Source: Stegostoma tigrinum
Lineage: Eukaryota
Assembly: GCF_030684315.1 (NCBI RefSeq)
Contig: NC_081374.1
Span: 11,830,837 to 11,894,836 of the forward strand
Direction: 5' to 3'
Length of the DNA stretch: 64,000 bases
The notes below the pieces were generated by a model, which made no database searches, had not been told where the DNA came from, and was given only the letters and a program-made list of their open reading frames with translations. Made by a program: the position numbers and the translations under genes. Shown in pieces: positions 13,401 through 25,660 of this stretch. Within the stretch, counting starts at the first letter, position 1. Every line of letters begins with the position of its first letter.

Positions 13401-14935
13401 GTAGTTGTTTGACCGAATGGCAAGTTTCTGCACTGTGGGAATTCTGTGATCTATGGGCAATGTGCAGAAACCTGAGGGCAGTAAAGGCAGAATTATTTGT
13501 AATCAAACATTGTTGTCACTGTAAGGAGAGTAAAATAACAGAAGTAATCTACTGATTGTTCTGGAGAGACACTTCATCAGAAAATGTTTAGATTGCTGCC
13601 ACATTGTGTCCTGGTGTGGAAAAGGAGCAGCCTGTTTATGTCTGGGTAGATTTTACCTCAAGAGATGTGTGATTGTGAGGGAAACAATTCTCAACTGAAA
13701 TTATAGATAGGATTTTAAAATCCTATGAAGTGGTTGAGATGAAAGGAGAAAGGGAGAAAATGCATGAACAATTAAAGCTGATGGATGTCACAAATTAGAG
13801 TTCTTATTGTAAAAGGAAGTCTTGAAGGGGATTGCTGAACACAGAGGCACGCTTCGGTTTTTTGTCTGTAAAGTATTCTACATGAAATTGGTGAGCTTGA
13901 GCCACAACCTGTTGCAGAAAGTTTTCCTGTAACATTTCACTGAGCTGCAGCCCTGGGAACTTTAATATTTTGCATGTTCATCTTTGCTTCATTATAAACA
14001 AAGGGGAAGTGCCAATATTGAACTATAATTTTATTGCAGTGCTACAATTACAATTGTTATAATTGATGGACATGAAAACAAACTTCGTTCAAGTTAAAGA
14101 CAGAAAGGAAGAAGGCTTCTTAAGGTAAGAGAAATATAAACAAACCATCTTCCTTTCTGACAAAACCTTGCAAAACAATATTGAATGAATTATTCTACAA
14201 CAGCAAAAGAAATGAAAGCAAACCCAAGATATTTTGATTAGTAGCTAACTATCACACCAGTTTTCAGTGTATGTTGAACATTAAAAACTTTGGACTAGTT
14301 CAAATTATTATGCTATTTGAATCACTTTAAAAAACATTATACTGTCCTTTTTTAAGTTTATTCATAATTAATGATGCAGCAGTAAAGTATTTGGTATTGT
14401 CTTGTGATATTATTATATTTTCAGAAGAAGATATAACATTTCCTGATGCTGTTCATGTATTTTCACATTTTTTTTCATTTGAACCCCAGTCAAAGCACAT
14501 GGCACTTCTGTTTTCTGCAGTTTGTTCTTCCTGGAACAGTTCGTAGCATCAGACCAGTTTGTGTGATTTGAGGGGTATCACACTGCACTGGATAAAGCTG
14601 ACCTGGAATCTCATCCACTCTTGCTGCCTGCCATGAGCACATTGGAAGAATTTGCAGGCTGACGATGAACCTGTTCGGCTTTGTGAGAATGCACATTCCT
14701 TTGGAAAATGTGCTGGAGAATGACCCAAACTCTCAGCATTTATCAAAGCAATAAAGATGCGACCTGCTGTGTCAACATGCTGTTCCTTTGTGCGTTTATG
14801 TGTCTCCAAATATCTAAACATCTCTATACCGTATAAACCATGCGGTAGACTTTAATAAGTATTAATTATTGAAATAAACGTCTCAGATGGTCACTCACCA
14901 GGAATGGAACAAATGAGGAGAATCACAGTCCACAT
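4184..14935 (-). CDS. Gene A: intact CD300/pIgR/MDIR-like inhibitory Ig receptor (V + C2 + stalk + TM + ITIM tail), 415 aa; join(14899-14935,12252-12566,11781-12101,7829-7949,6013-6101,5077-5129,4184-4495)
   Basis: Seven exons, all with GT-AG borders and compatible phases (1,1,1,2,1,0). Total 1248 nt = 415 codons + stop, with no internal stop. Confidence 0.88.
5077..5129 (-). CDS. Gene A exon 6, short cytoplasmic exon (GIFCIMHQQRDKTFNDDL)
   Basis: tatttcag acceptor, gtaagg donor; phase 1-0 bridges TM and last exon. Confidence 0.75.
5468..5820 (+). mobile_element. tRNA-derived SINE (DeuSINE/SacSINE1-like) in gene A intron 5
   Basis: A-box-like tggcctagtggt, B-box-like ggttctaatcc, 3' tail catcccgtgaatgaataaaa shared with LINE end at ~37515-37540. 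Confidence 0.6.
6013..6101 (-). CDS. Gene A exon 5, uncharged transmembrane helix
   Basis: SLIYIVLGVLGAILVVFAVSLILYLRQMDK; 89 nt, phase 2-1, same size as the gene B TM exon. Confidence 0.9.
6728..7042 (-). mobile_element. HE1-like shark SINE
   Basis: Conserved cacatctttgg..gaggaaa..gaattgaacccaggtccctggcgctgtga; further copies at 13.1, 33.4, 55.7 and 58.3/62.3 kb. Confidence 0.7.
7829..7949 (-). CDS. Gene A exon 4, Cys + Ser/Thr-rich stalk (KQRYICNISPTISLTTTHSQNTNTSSSLSQKQTSEDKHSE)
   Basis: tttcaacag acceptor, AG|gtatga donor, open frame, phase 1-2; paralogous exon at 37614-37692. Confidence 0.8.
8125..9190 (-). mobile_element. Degenerate CR1 LINE fragments
   Basis: RT remnants (DFSHK.., LQKRFTRMLPG). 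Confidence 0.7.
9193..10094. mobile_element. Palindromic Penelope insertion in gene A intron 3
   Basis: Inverted pLTR arms; 13-bp TSD ggactgttattta; empty site in the paralogous region near 23690. Confidence 0.88.
11588..11727. mobile_element. Mini Penelope hairpin, ~55 nt from the C2 exon donor
   Basis: Inverted termini plus ~34-nt tail; absent from paralogous sites at 25.1 and 25.6 kb. Confidence 0.85.
11781..12101 (-). CDS. Gene A exon 3, C2-set (FcR-like/FCRL/PECAM-type) Ig domain
   Basis: VTISCESARGSLPIHYTW..YYCTASNTQGTKSSEIVHVSV; cccacag acceptor, A|gtaagt donor, 321 nt. Confidence 0.9.
12252..12566 (-). CDS. Gene A exon 2, CD300-type Ig V domain
   Basis: ITIHCRY..KYWCHGWSRQC..RISITDN..DAGWYSCG with the extra C-C' Cys pair typical of CD300/pIgR/TREM; 315 nt, phase 1-1. 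Confidence 0.93.
13100..13452 (+). mobile_element. HE1-like SINE
   Basis: gtggctcagtggtt..tgtgtgaagtttgcatgttct..ggattggccatgctaa. Confidence 0.7.
14899..14935 (-). CDS. Gene A exon 1, signal peptide MWTVILLICSIP
   Basis: ATG, hydrophobic 37-nt exon, G|gtgagt phase-1 donor; paralogous exons at 48.7 and 52.1 kb. Confidence 0.85.
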
Positions 14936-15027
14936 CGTTTTATTCACAAAGATCAGTTCTTGATGTCAGCCTCACAGCTCTTGTTTCTCACTGAAATAAG
15001 TGAGTAATACAATGTCTACAAGAATGT

Positions 15028-15088
15028 AAATGAGGAAGAGGATATAGAAAGCCAACTTTTGAAACTACTGTATATCAGATTATGCAAT
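15028..15088 (-). promoter_or_regulatory. Gene A proximal promoter: Ets/PU.1-type GAGGAA and C/EBP-like TTATGCAAT
   Basis: GAGGAA about 97 bp upstream of ATG, positionally conserved before all three leader exons. Confidence 0.45.
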
Positions 15089-16565
15089 TTAACCCTGAAG
15101 AAATTTTTGTCCTGTCAGCTATGCTTAACAGAAAAACTAAACTAATTTTCATCAACTGAATAAAAAATTCTGAAATCAAGACATTTCAAGAGTCAGGTGT
15201 GAGGATAGCAGTGACTGAAGCTCAGTGTTTAGACTGAATTCTCAGGTGAATGAAAACTGGGGCTTACTCTCCCATGGTAGAAATTCCAACAGTTTTTGAA
15301 ATCCAGATTTCTTTTGTAAAAATTCATCCTGCAGTTAAAAAATAGAATTGATTTGAATATTTAGTCTTTTTTTGCAAATTGTGCCTCCTGTTGTGAGTGC
15401 TGAATAATTATTGTGTCATGATCTGAGCTCCTGGATATGCAAGAGAAGGGCACTCTCTGCTCCACTTGTACAAGACCCAAGTAAACAAGTAATGAGGCTG
15501 ATTTCAGGCAGATAAAGGAACTCAACTGACAGAGAGACAGTTCTGGGAGAAGTGATCTGTGTTTCAATAACTGGGAGTGAGCTTCAATTCCAAGGTGAGG
15601 GTCCCTCTGGTGAACTGCCTAATATGGGGCTTTGTATTTCCCAGGACATGGTTGATGAAGACTGAGCCTGGTGAATCATGCTGGGTTTCACCTTTGAGAA
15701 GGTCAAAGGGGCTGACACCCTGCACCAACTCTGCTAACCCCCACCCACAATGCTGAAGGCAATGCTCCCACCTTAATGCTTAATATAGAAGGAGAGTCAC
15801 TGGAGTTGTTACCCAGAGACTGAACCAGTGAGGACCATCGCAATGTTCTGTCTGGGAAACAGAAACAGTACATCGGGTAATCTCCTGTAGAACAGTTGGA
15901 AACATTTGGGGGTTATTCCCTCAGCGTGGATGAAATCCCTCTGACATTAGGTCATCAGTGCCTGAGGGCCAGAAATAGAGAGCAGGGACCTCCCAGCCCC
16001 TTATGATATGGGCACCTTAGAATCAGTTGGAAAAATATGACAAGATTCAAAAATCAGACTCTGTGATGCAACAGTGAATGCAGCTCTTATTATCAAAGTG
16101 ACGAATATCCGATCAAATTGTCAGGAATCCTGTAAAGTGACTTGCTCAGTGTCAAAGCCACATCCTGTTGGACGGGCACTCAGCAGTTTGCAAGTGACTG
16201 TTCTGGCTTAAAACCATTTCACAACCTGAACGTGTGCAATTTTACATTGCTACAGTGTTACATTTCACAAACAAATATTAATCAAAGGCAATTATTCAAC
16301 TTGGTGGTGATAGTTACCATTTCAGTTTTTTGTTCTTTTCCCATTACATAAACCCAAAATCATTTTATGGCAAGATCTCTTTTCTCACACAGAAATGTCC
16401 AATGTGAGATAGAACATGAATATTCAAACAAGAAGCAAATTTTCAGCAAATGTCACAGGAGCTGGGAATCTGCACTTTCCCACTTTGGTCAAGCTGAGAG
16501 CATCAGATTCAATGAGGAACTGGAAAGAAACATCGGAAACACTTAAACAGAGTATAATGCCTTAT

Positions 16566-16800
16566 AGCAAGTTTTGAGAAGATTTGTAGCTCAGGTTGAG
16601 GTTCTGTATGTGAGTTTGCTCGCTGAACTGGAAGGTTAGTTTTCAGACGTTTCGTCACCATACTAGGTAACATCATCAGTGAGCCTCCGACGAAGGATCA
16701 CTGATGATGACTTTGTCGGAGGCTCACTGATGGTGTTACCTAGAATGGTGACGAAACATCTGAAAACTAACCTTCCAGCTCAGCGAGCAAACTCACATCC
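16566..16800. mobile_element. Palindromic mini-element of a second Penelope family with hammerhead core
   Basis: ~90-bp inverted arms, ~40-nt tail, 12-bp TSD ataatgccttat. Confidence 0.8.
16643..16682 (-). ncRNA. Minimal hammerhead ribozyme, intact core
   Basis: UCA-CUGAUGA-U-GUUACC uaguau GGUGAC-GAAAC-GUC-UGA. Confidence 0.65.
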
Positions 16801-17682
16801 ATAATGCCTTATTTTTCATGTTAATTTTGATTCGAATTGTGGATATGGCAGTTAAATGATGAAAGCTTGTGATGAACTTCTCCTTCCTCATCCCCCATTG
16901 CACATGTTCTGGAAAACTAATACATATCAATGCTGCTTGTACACATCGAAGACCATTGTATTACAGAGAGTTAATGTGTCCCTGTAGTTGTGCTGGTGAT
17001 CAGGTGACTGAGGAAATAGGTGAAGACATAAGACATTGGAACAAAACTGCGCCATTCAAACCATCGAGTCTGCTCTGCCATTCAACTGGATCATGGCTGA
17101 TCTCCTCACCCTCAATCCCACTTTCCTACCTTTTCCCGTAACTCTTGATTCACTGACTGATTAAAAACCTGTCTATCTCAGTCTTGAGTGCAATTAATGG
17201 CAGAGCCTCGTCAATCCTCTTTGGCAACTAATACTACAGGTTCACAGCATCTCAGAGATAAAAACAAATTCTCCTCGTCTCGAACTCAAATGTATGCATC
17301 GGCTGAGATGATGGCCTCTGATCCAAGTCTCACCCACAAGGGGGATCATGCGTTCTGCACTTTTCCCATCATGCCTTGCAAGTTTCAATAAGCTAACCTC
17401 TCAGTCTTCTCGATTCCAATGGATACACGGCCAGTCCTATTCAAAATCTTCTCACAAACCTGTTCCCATGTCCCTCTATATCTTTATTAGCTAGAAATGT
17501 ATTGACCTCTGTTTTGAGTATATTCAAAGCTGGAGCCCCCAGGGCTCTCTGGGGCACAGGATTCCAACAGATCATCGCCCTCTAAGCAATGAAATTCCTT
17601 CTCATCTCAGTCTCAAATGGTCAACCCATTCTTCTCAAACTTTGTCTTCTGCTTCGGAAAGATCTCCATCCAGTGGCATTTC

Positions 17683-18827
17683 ATGGATGGAGAACTTAGA
17701 GCACTCGGAATTATTCTTGTAAAGGCCATGACACCCACGTAATGTTTTCTCATGTACGTTGTGACCGAAACAGAACAAATCACCAGGACACTGAAGAGCA
17801 CCCAGCGTATCACATTCCAGACACTGAAACTGGGCTAACTCGACAAAAAGGTGGTCATTGTCAGTATTCCCATTAGCATTGATTCCAAGTAATAATATAT
17901 CATTTTGCATAAGAGTTTTCAATAATTTCCAATTTCAGGCTATAATTTATTAGAATGGAAATGGTGGCTGATTTTATACAATGCCATCCTGTTACCTTCC
18001 TGACAATGTTGCTGTTCATGAAATTGGAAATCTATAATAGAAAGTCACAATTTTCTGTTTGCCATCTCACTGATTCAAGTGCAGTTTTCAGCATTAAAGT
18101 TAAATGCTTTATCATTGATCTCTGCTCATGGTGGTGTAGTTTTCAAAGCAAAGAAATGGCAGTTTTTGAAAACTCGGGGTATTCTGCAGTAGCACTGACA
18201 GGGACATTACATTCTCTGTCAGCTTCTCTTCCTCAGATCTGTGGAGTTGCACCTTGTTCTCAAACTGAGATGGTGAAAGGCTATCTGTCTGGTTCCAGCT
18301 GGTTAAAACTTGCCTGTTAGAAAGTGCAAGGAGCACTGCGGGATGATGCTATTCTGAGTTTCTTACTCACTGACTAGGCCCTCGCTGTTGTAGTATTGTA
18401 CCAGAAATATCCGACTATTTAACATATAATGATCAAGTATCACGTTGTGATGTGCAATACAGGACAAGCTACTGAACCTCGTTTCAATTCACCTTTGTCT
18501 ATTGTTAATGTCATTCAGAAATTAAACAGTCGTTCAGTTTCCCCACTTATCTCTCTGAGCTGGGCAGCTTTACTCTGCCACAATAAACGAAGATTGTCCT
18601 GTAAACAGTGGATAAATGTTTGAAACATAAAGCAGACTTGTTTCCTACAAATGATTTTGTATTTTGTCGAGTTAGCCCAGTTTCAGTGTCTGGAATGTGA
18701 TACGCTGGGTGCTCTTCAGTGTCCTGGTGATTTGTTCTGTTTCGGTCACAACGTACATGAGAAAACATTACGTGGGTGTCATGGCCTTTACAAGAATAAT
18801 TCTGAGTGCTCTAAGTTCTCCATCCAT
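17683..18827. repeat. 166-bp inverted repeat (17683-17848 / 18662-18827), 813-bp spacer
   Basis: Arms are reverse complements with one mismatch seen. Confidence 0.92.
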
Positions 18828-18838
18828 CCAATGACTAC

Positions 18839-18934
18839 CTTTTACCAACAGACTTAGATCATAAAGATGTTTGTGTTATTGTTGGTCTCTTATTGTTGTT
18901 GCTGCTGAAGAGACTTCACAGATATAGTCACTTC
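18839..18934 (-). pseudogene. Pseudo-exon, stalk (SDYICEVSSAATTIRDQQ*)
   Basis: YIC motif, GGTAAAAG|gt end like gene B stalk; 96 nt length breaks phase; in-frame TAA. Confidence 0.65.
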
Positions 18935-19116
18935 CTATTGAGCGATCAGATAATATTCAGCTTCATCTGAGTCTCACTTGCAGAGAACCAAGAAAGCACT
19001 CCTCACAAATGGAACCTCAGGATTTTTCGTAAAGAATAGATTTTGTTGAATTCATTTGTTGACAACTCCTGCTTTCTGGAGAGATGTCGTAGAGACATAA
19101 CTTCAACATAATTTAA

Positions 19117-19522
19117 AGATAACACAGTGTGGAGCTGCAGGAACACAGCAGGTCAGGCAGCATCAGAAGAGCAGGAAAGTTGACGTATCGGGTTGCAACC
19201 CTTCTTCAGAAGTGGTTGGGGGTGGTGGGAAGGGAGCTGGGAAATAAATAGAGAGAGGAAGGGTGGGGCTGACAAAGGTAGGTGGGATGGTGATAGTTGA
19301 GTTCAGATAGAGCGGGGTGGGGATTGGTCGGTGATGTGGGAGGAGCTTTTAGGTGGGAGAGAAGATAGACTGGTTATGTCAGGACAAGGAGGTGGGGATG
19401 AGAAGGAGAATTGGTCATGAGATGAGGCTGAGGGTGGGGAGATTGGTAAAATCCATATTTAAGTCATTGGGTTGGAGGCTTCTGAGTTGGAATATGAGGG
19501 GCTGCTCCTCTAGTTTCCGAGT
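19117..19522 (-). mobile_element. Older diverged Penelope 3' fragment ending at a (TCTTGCA)n run
   Basis: Similarity to pLTR/GIY-YIG end. Confidence 0.7.
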
Positions 19523-19722
19523 TGCATCTTGCATCTTGCATCTTGCATCTTGCATCTATTTTCAAAAATGAATCATTGCTTTGTTCAAAATTGTTAAAAA
19601 ATGAAAGTAACATAATGTGATGAGGTGCAGTTAATTGTGTGACAAAAGAAGCTTAACAAATGAACAGTTTGAATAGCCATGAAATGCGTTCATCAACTCC
19701 AGGGTCTGTAAAAGAAACTTAC

Positions 19723-20046
19723 TGCTGCTACTGATTTATATCGTCTAACTGCAGCTTCTCTCTGCTCCCCTGGCAAATGTCACATGAACAATTTCACTGG
19801 ATTTTGTTCCCTGACTATTTAAGGCTGTGCAGTAATATTGATGATGTTGCTGTGTAAAGGATTGACAATGTAGATCCAGTTTGTTGGTGTCAGAGATCTT
19901 TGAATCGTGAGATGGGGCCTTCTCAGACCATGTGTAGTGAATGGGGAGGGATTCCCAGGCAGACTCACAGGAGATTGTCACTGAGCCCCCAGAACATGAG
20001 ATAATTGGTCGTGATTGAAATCAAAGATCAGGAACAGAGACATATT
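19723..20046 (-). pseudogene. Pseudo-exon, C2 Ig domain of a third receptor copy
   Basis: 324 nt, splice sites retained, but CGA>TGA near the start and TAG/TAA near the end. Confidence 0.85.
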
Positions 20047-20224
20047 CTTTGCGAAGAAGCAACTATTACAAAACTGACTGGAAGTGAAAAATTGAAAACC
20101 CAAATAAGATGACCTTCACTTTCACATCCAGCGTCACAAGGTCAGAGAGCACAGAAATAGATCCTTCTGTTTAATACATTCATGCTAAACAAATTCCTCA
20201 AAATAAACTAGCCCCAGCTACCAG

Positions 20225-22980
20225 TGTTGTGGCCACTACAGAAACTTGGGTAGCTCAGGGACAGGAATGGTTGTTGGAAGTTCCGGGATTTAGTTGCTTT
20301 AAAAGAAAGAGGGAGGATAGTAACTTAGGCAGCAGAGTGGCATTGCTAGTCAGGGCTAATGTAGCAGCTACTGAAAGGCAGTTCGAGAATGATATGTCTA
20401 CAGAGACAGTTTGGGTTGAGGTGAGGAACAAGAAAGGAGCAGTCACTTTGCTGGGGTTTTTTTATCAGACTCTCTAGTAGTTGCAGAGAAGTGGAGGAGC
20501 AGATTGGGAGGCTGATACTGGAAAGGTGCAGAAGTTGCAGCATTGTAGTCATGGGCGACTTCGACTTTACAAATATTGAATGGAAGCTTTTCAGTTGTAA
20601 TTGTTTTGATGGAGCAGATTTTGTCCAGTGCATTCAGGAAGAATTCCTGACACAGTATGTAGATAGACCAACATGAGGAGAGGCCACTTTGGATTTGATG
20701 CTTGGCAATGAACCGCGCCAAGCGTTAGACCTGTTGTTGGGAGCATTTTTGCGGTAATGATCATAACTCTGTTACTTTTACAATAGTCATGGAAAAGGAT
20801 AGGAACATACAGCAGGGTAAGGTTTATAACTGGGGTAAGGATAATTATAATTCTGTTGGGCAAGAACTGGGCAGCATAAATTGGAAACAGATGCTGGCAG
20901 GGAGAGCACTATAGAAATGTGCAGCTTGTTTGAGGAATGCATAATGCGTGTGATCGATATGCTTGTCCCTGACAGGCAGGGAAGATGCGGTCGGGTGAGG
21001 GAGGCTTGGTTCTCGAGAGATGTCAAACGACTAGTTAAGAGGAAGAAGGAGGCTTCTGTAAGGTTTAGGAATCAAGAAACGGTAAAAGCTCTAGAGGGAT
21101 ACAAGTTAGCCAAGAAGGAGCTGAAGAAGGGGCTTAGGAGAGGTATAGCATGAGAAAACCTTGGCAGATAGGATCAAGGAAAACTCCAAGGCTTTTTACA
21201 CATACGTGAGGAATAAGAGAATGACCAGAGAAAGGGTAGGGCTATTCAAAGGTTGTAAAGGGAGATTGTGCACAGAGCCTAAAGTGATAGGAGAGGTCCT
21301 TAATGAATACTTTTCTTCAGTATTCACAACTGAGAGGGACCTAGTTGTAAGGGAGGACAGTGTGAAACAAGCTGGTATGCTAGACGAGGTAGATGTTAGT
21401 AAGGAAGATATACTAGAAATTTTGAGGAAGTTGAAGATAGGTAAGTCCCCCGGTCCTGTTGGGATTTATCCAAGGATACCTTGGGAAGCGAGGGAAGAGA
21501 TCGCAGGGCCTTTGGCGATGATCTTTTCATCCTCACTGTCCTTGGGTCCAGTGCTGGAAGCTTGGAGAGAGGCAACCGTCATTCCCATTCCCGTCATTCA
21601 AAAAAGGGAATAGAGATAGCCCCAGAAATTGCAGGCCAGATATTCTTACTTCAGTGGTGGGCAAATTATTGGAAAGAGCTCTTGGACAGGGTCAGTTTGA
21701 TTCGTGATAGTCAGCATGGATTTGTAAGGGGTAACTCATGACCTCTAAACCTTATTGAAATTTTTGAAGAGGTGACCAAACATGTGGATGAGATAGAGCA
21801 GAGGATGTGATATACATGGATTTGTGTAAGGCATTTGATAAGGTTCTCCATGGTAGGCTCATGCAGAAAGTAAGGAAGCGTGGGACAGGGGAAATTTGGC
21901 AGATTGGATTTAGATTTGGCTGACCAAATGGTGGTAGTGGATGGAAAATATTCAGCATGGTGCTCAGTTACGAGTGATGTACCACAAGAATCTATTCTGT
22001 GTCCTCTCCTATTTGTGACTTTTGTAAATGATTTGAAAGCAAGAGTGGAAGGATGGATTAATGTGCTCGCAGACGATACGAAGGTAGGTTGAGCTGTGGA
22101 TGGTGTGGAGGGCTGTTCTCGGTTACAAAGGAACATTGATAGAATGCAGAGCTGGGCTGAGAAGTGGCAGATGGAGTTTAATCCTGAAAAGTGTGAGGTG
22201 ATTCATTTTGGAAGGACAAACTTGAAAGCAGGATATAGGGTTAATGGAAAGATTCTTGGCAGTGCGGAGGAGCAGAGGTATCTTGGGGTTCATGTCCACA
22301 GTTCCCTGAAAGCTGCCACCCAGGTGGATAGAGTTGTTAAGAAGGCGTATGGTGTGTTAGTTTTTATTAACAGAAGGATTGAGTTCAAGAGCTGTGAAAT
22401 TATCCTCCAGCTATACAAAACCCTGGTTCAGCCACATCTGGACTATTATGTCCAGCTCTGGTTGCCTCATTTCACGAAAGATGTGGATGCTTTGGAAAAG
22501 GTACAGAGGAGATTTGCCAGGATGTTGCCTGGAATTGAGGGGAGGTCGTACGAGGAAAGGTTGAGAGAGCGAGTTTTTTTCTCTTAAGAATGACAAATGA
22601 TGAGAGGTGACTTGATATAGGTATATAAAATGATCAAAGCTATAGATTGAATGGACAGCCAGAGAATTTTTCCTAAGGTGGGGGTAGCTATCACAAGTGG
22701 GCATAGTTTTAAAGTGAGTGGAGGTAGAGAGAGGGGAGACATCAGAGGTAGGTTCTTTACTCAGAGAGTGGTCGGGATGTGGAATGCATTGCCGGAGATG
22801 GTAGGGGAGTCAGCCTCATTAGGGGCATTTAAGCAGCTATTAGAAAGGCTTATTGATGACAGTATAAGTTAGGGGTGGAGGTTAGATAGATCTTAAGTTT
22901 AGGGTAAAAGATCAGCTCAACATCGTGGGCCAAAGGACCTGTCTGTGATGTACTGTTCTATGTTCTACATTCCATGTTCT
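20225..22980 (+). mobile_element. 5'-truncated CR1 LINE (APE + RT, many stops)
   Basis: VMGDFDF, KSPGPVGIYPRI, LADDTKVG; ttctatgttcta tail. Confidence 0.93.
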
Positions 22981-23279
22981 AAGATCCCGTCGTAATCTTA
23001 GGTAACCTTCTCCATTGTTGACCATGCCCTCAATTTTGGTGTCATCCATAAACTTACAAACCATTCCTCTTCGACTCTCGTCCAAGTCAATCATATCGAT
23101 TACCCCAATCACTGTGAAACGCCACTGGCCACTAGCCACAAGTCTGAAACACAACCCCCCAGCACCACCTTCTGCCTCCCACTGTCAGCCAAATTTTCAG
23201 CCAGTTGACAGGATCATCCTGAATCCCATGTATTCGAACTTTACTCATTTGTCTACATGGGGAAAATTGTCAATGTAGA

Positions 23280-25660
23280 CAATGATTATTGCTCTGTCCC
23301 CATCTATGTTTTGCTTACGTCCTCCAAAAAACACCAGCAAGTTTGTAAGGCACGATTTCCTATGTGCTATCCCTAAACCTTCCCTCTCCAAATGCACGTA
23401 AATTCTATCGCTCAGAATCTTCTCCAACAACTTACCCACCACTGATGCCAGACTCACAGGTCTATAGTTCCCAGTCTTCATACATCTTTTCTCAAATTAA
23501 GACACAACATTAGCCAGCCTCCAGTCCTGTAGCACCTCAGCTGTGGCTGACGATAACATGAATATCTCTGTTAGGGGTCTCACAATTTCTTCCTAAACTT
23601 CCCACAATGTCCCGAGAACTGATTAGTTCCCAGAGATTTATCTGCCTTTATGTTTTTCAACCTCCAGCACTTCCCCTTCTGCGATGTGAACCGTTTGCAA
23701 GACATCAATATTTGTTTTCTCGAGTTCCCTAACCTTCTTGTGTTTCTCCACAGTAAAAGTTAACACTAAATATACATTTAATATCTCTCCAATCTCGTGT
23801 GGGTCCACACATAGATGATCTCATTTACTTTATCTCCCGAATCTGAGAGTTGACGTGTTACATCCGGATTTTGTGAAAGATTTGGGCTGGTAACAACAAA
23901 CCAGATATCCCATGAGTTTCACATGTCAGTTTTCTGAGCTTTCAGGAATAATGTAAAACTCCCGACAGACATAACCTGCCAGTGATTTCCCATTGGCTGA
24001 GCTGTAAGGATCCACGAGGCAGACAAATGAGGTTCCCCATCTCCACAGAGTACACAGGCAACATGGCTTGGTTTTACGTGAACCATTTGTGCAATAATTA
24101 AACTGTTAATTCTTTGTTGTTTATTCTTTTTTAGCCAGTTTTTGTTGCCCATTATGAATTACCCCTGATTGATTGGCTTTCTAGATCTTTTGAAGAGAGC
24201 AGTTAAGAATCAAGCACATTGCTGGAGTCACATGTAGACCAGAGCTGGAAAGGGCTGCATGTTTCCTTCTCTAAAGGACATTAACGAACCAAATAGAGCT
24301 TTACAGGATCTTCGGAGACCTCAAAATACCCCACATCCGATGAAGTACTTAGCTGAAGGAAGCAAATAGTTGTAATGCGGCAATATATTGAAGTTAATTT
24401 GCATGCAGCCAACAGCATTGAAGTAATTCTGTCAGAAATCTGATTGTTCTTAGCAACATTGATTTAGGAACGAATGCTGGGACACCAGGAGAACCTCCAA
24501 TCTGAAAATCATTTACAAATGATGATGTATCCAAAGGACAAACAGGTTCTCAATTTATCACCTCATCGACACTGTCTCAGCTGTAAGAGTACGGCATTAT
24601 CCCTCTTTACTGGGTAGTGGGAACCAGTTGAATTTTAACCCTGAAGGGGAGCTTGAACACACTGCATGTTGGCATCAAATGTTAGAGAGCAGCCACATGA
24701 GGTGCTGCTGTGAGTTACAAATACAGTTTATGTGTATCATTGCTTTTCTTGGTGACTTGCTTCTTCTCTGACAACTCAAACAGGAGATTATATCAGGAAA
24801 TGCCTGCAGTCAATAGTTGTATGTTTCATTTGTACACTTCATCTCCAGTCTATACCCAATATCTGTTGAAGATCTATACACAGAATTCATGTACGGAAAT
24901 TGAAAATTATTTCTGTGAGAAAAGTTCAAATTGCACATCAATTAAACACTCTTTTTAAGTTCAGGGATAATTGAAGCGCATGCTGTGGGTAATATTTTAT
25001 GTGCCTTCTCATTTTTGAGGTACAATGCAAACTGTTGGCTTTGTTCAGAACTGGTGATGAAACAAATGAAATGTGTTTTATCAATTACAGTCTCACTGAG
25101 TGAGATCGAAAGCAACTAATTTGAATTGACATTCAGTAAAAATGAATCATATTGTTTGCTTCACACTTCCCGATGCTGTTGATTTGTATTGTATACCAGC
25201 AGTTTATGAGTTTATTGCTACTTGATGCTGAGCTGCTCCTTCTCTGACAGCTCAAACACGAGAGTATATCAGGAAATGCCTGCAGTCAATACTTTCATAT
25301 ATTTCATTTGTACAACTCATCTCCAATCCATACCCAACATCTGCCCAAAATCTGGACAGAACTGTCATGCACTGAGTTTGATAATTCCATCTGATAGAAA
25401 AATTCAAATTATTCATCAATCTAAAACTAATTTAATTTTTGTGAATTACTGGAAATTGTACAATGTTTATGCATGATGTGGGGAATATTTTATGTGCTGC
25501 TCATATTTGAAGTACAATGCTAACAGTTGGTTTTGTTCAGAACTGGCAATGAAACAAGTGGTGTGAGTTTTATCAATTGCAGTCTTACAGAGTGAGATAA
25601 AAAGCATCTAGTTTGAATGGACATTCAGCAAAAAAAATCGCATTGTTTGCTTCACACTTC
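23280..25660 (-). pseudogene. Relic of another gene copy: paralog of gene A intron 3 with ~35 bp of C2 exon end (donor gtaagt>ggaagt) and a ~460-bp tandem re-duplication
   Basis: Colinear similarity to ~8750-11810; 25200-25660 again matches 11170-11780. Confidence 0.75.

Noticed and set aside
17635-18857. Duplicated Cys-rich ORFs (FQCLECDTLGALQCPGD..) as small proteins
   Set aside because: Identity is explained by the inverted repeat; no supporting gene structure
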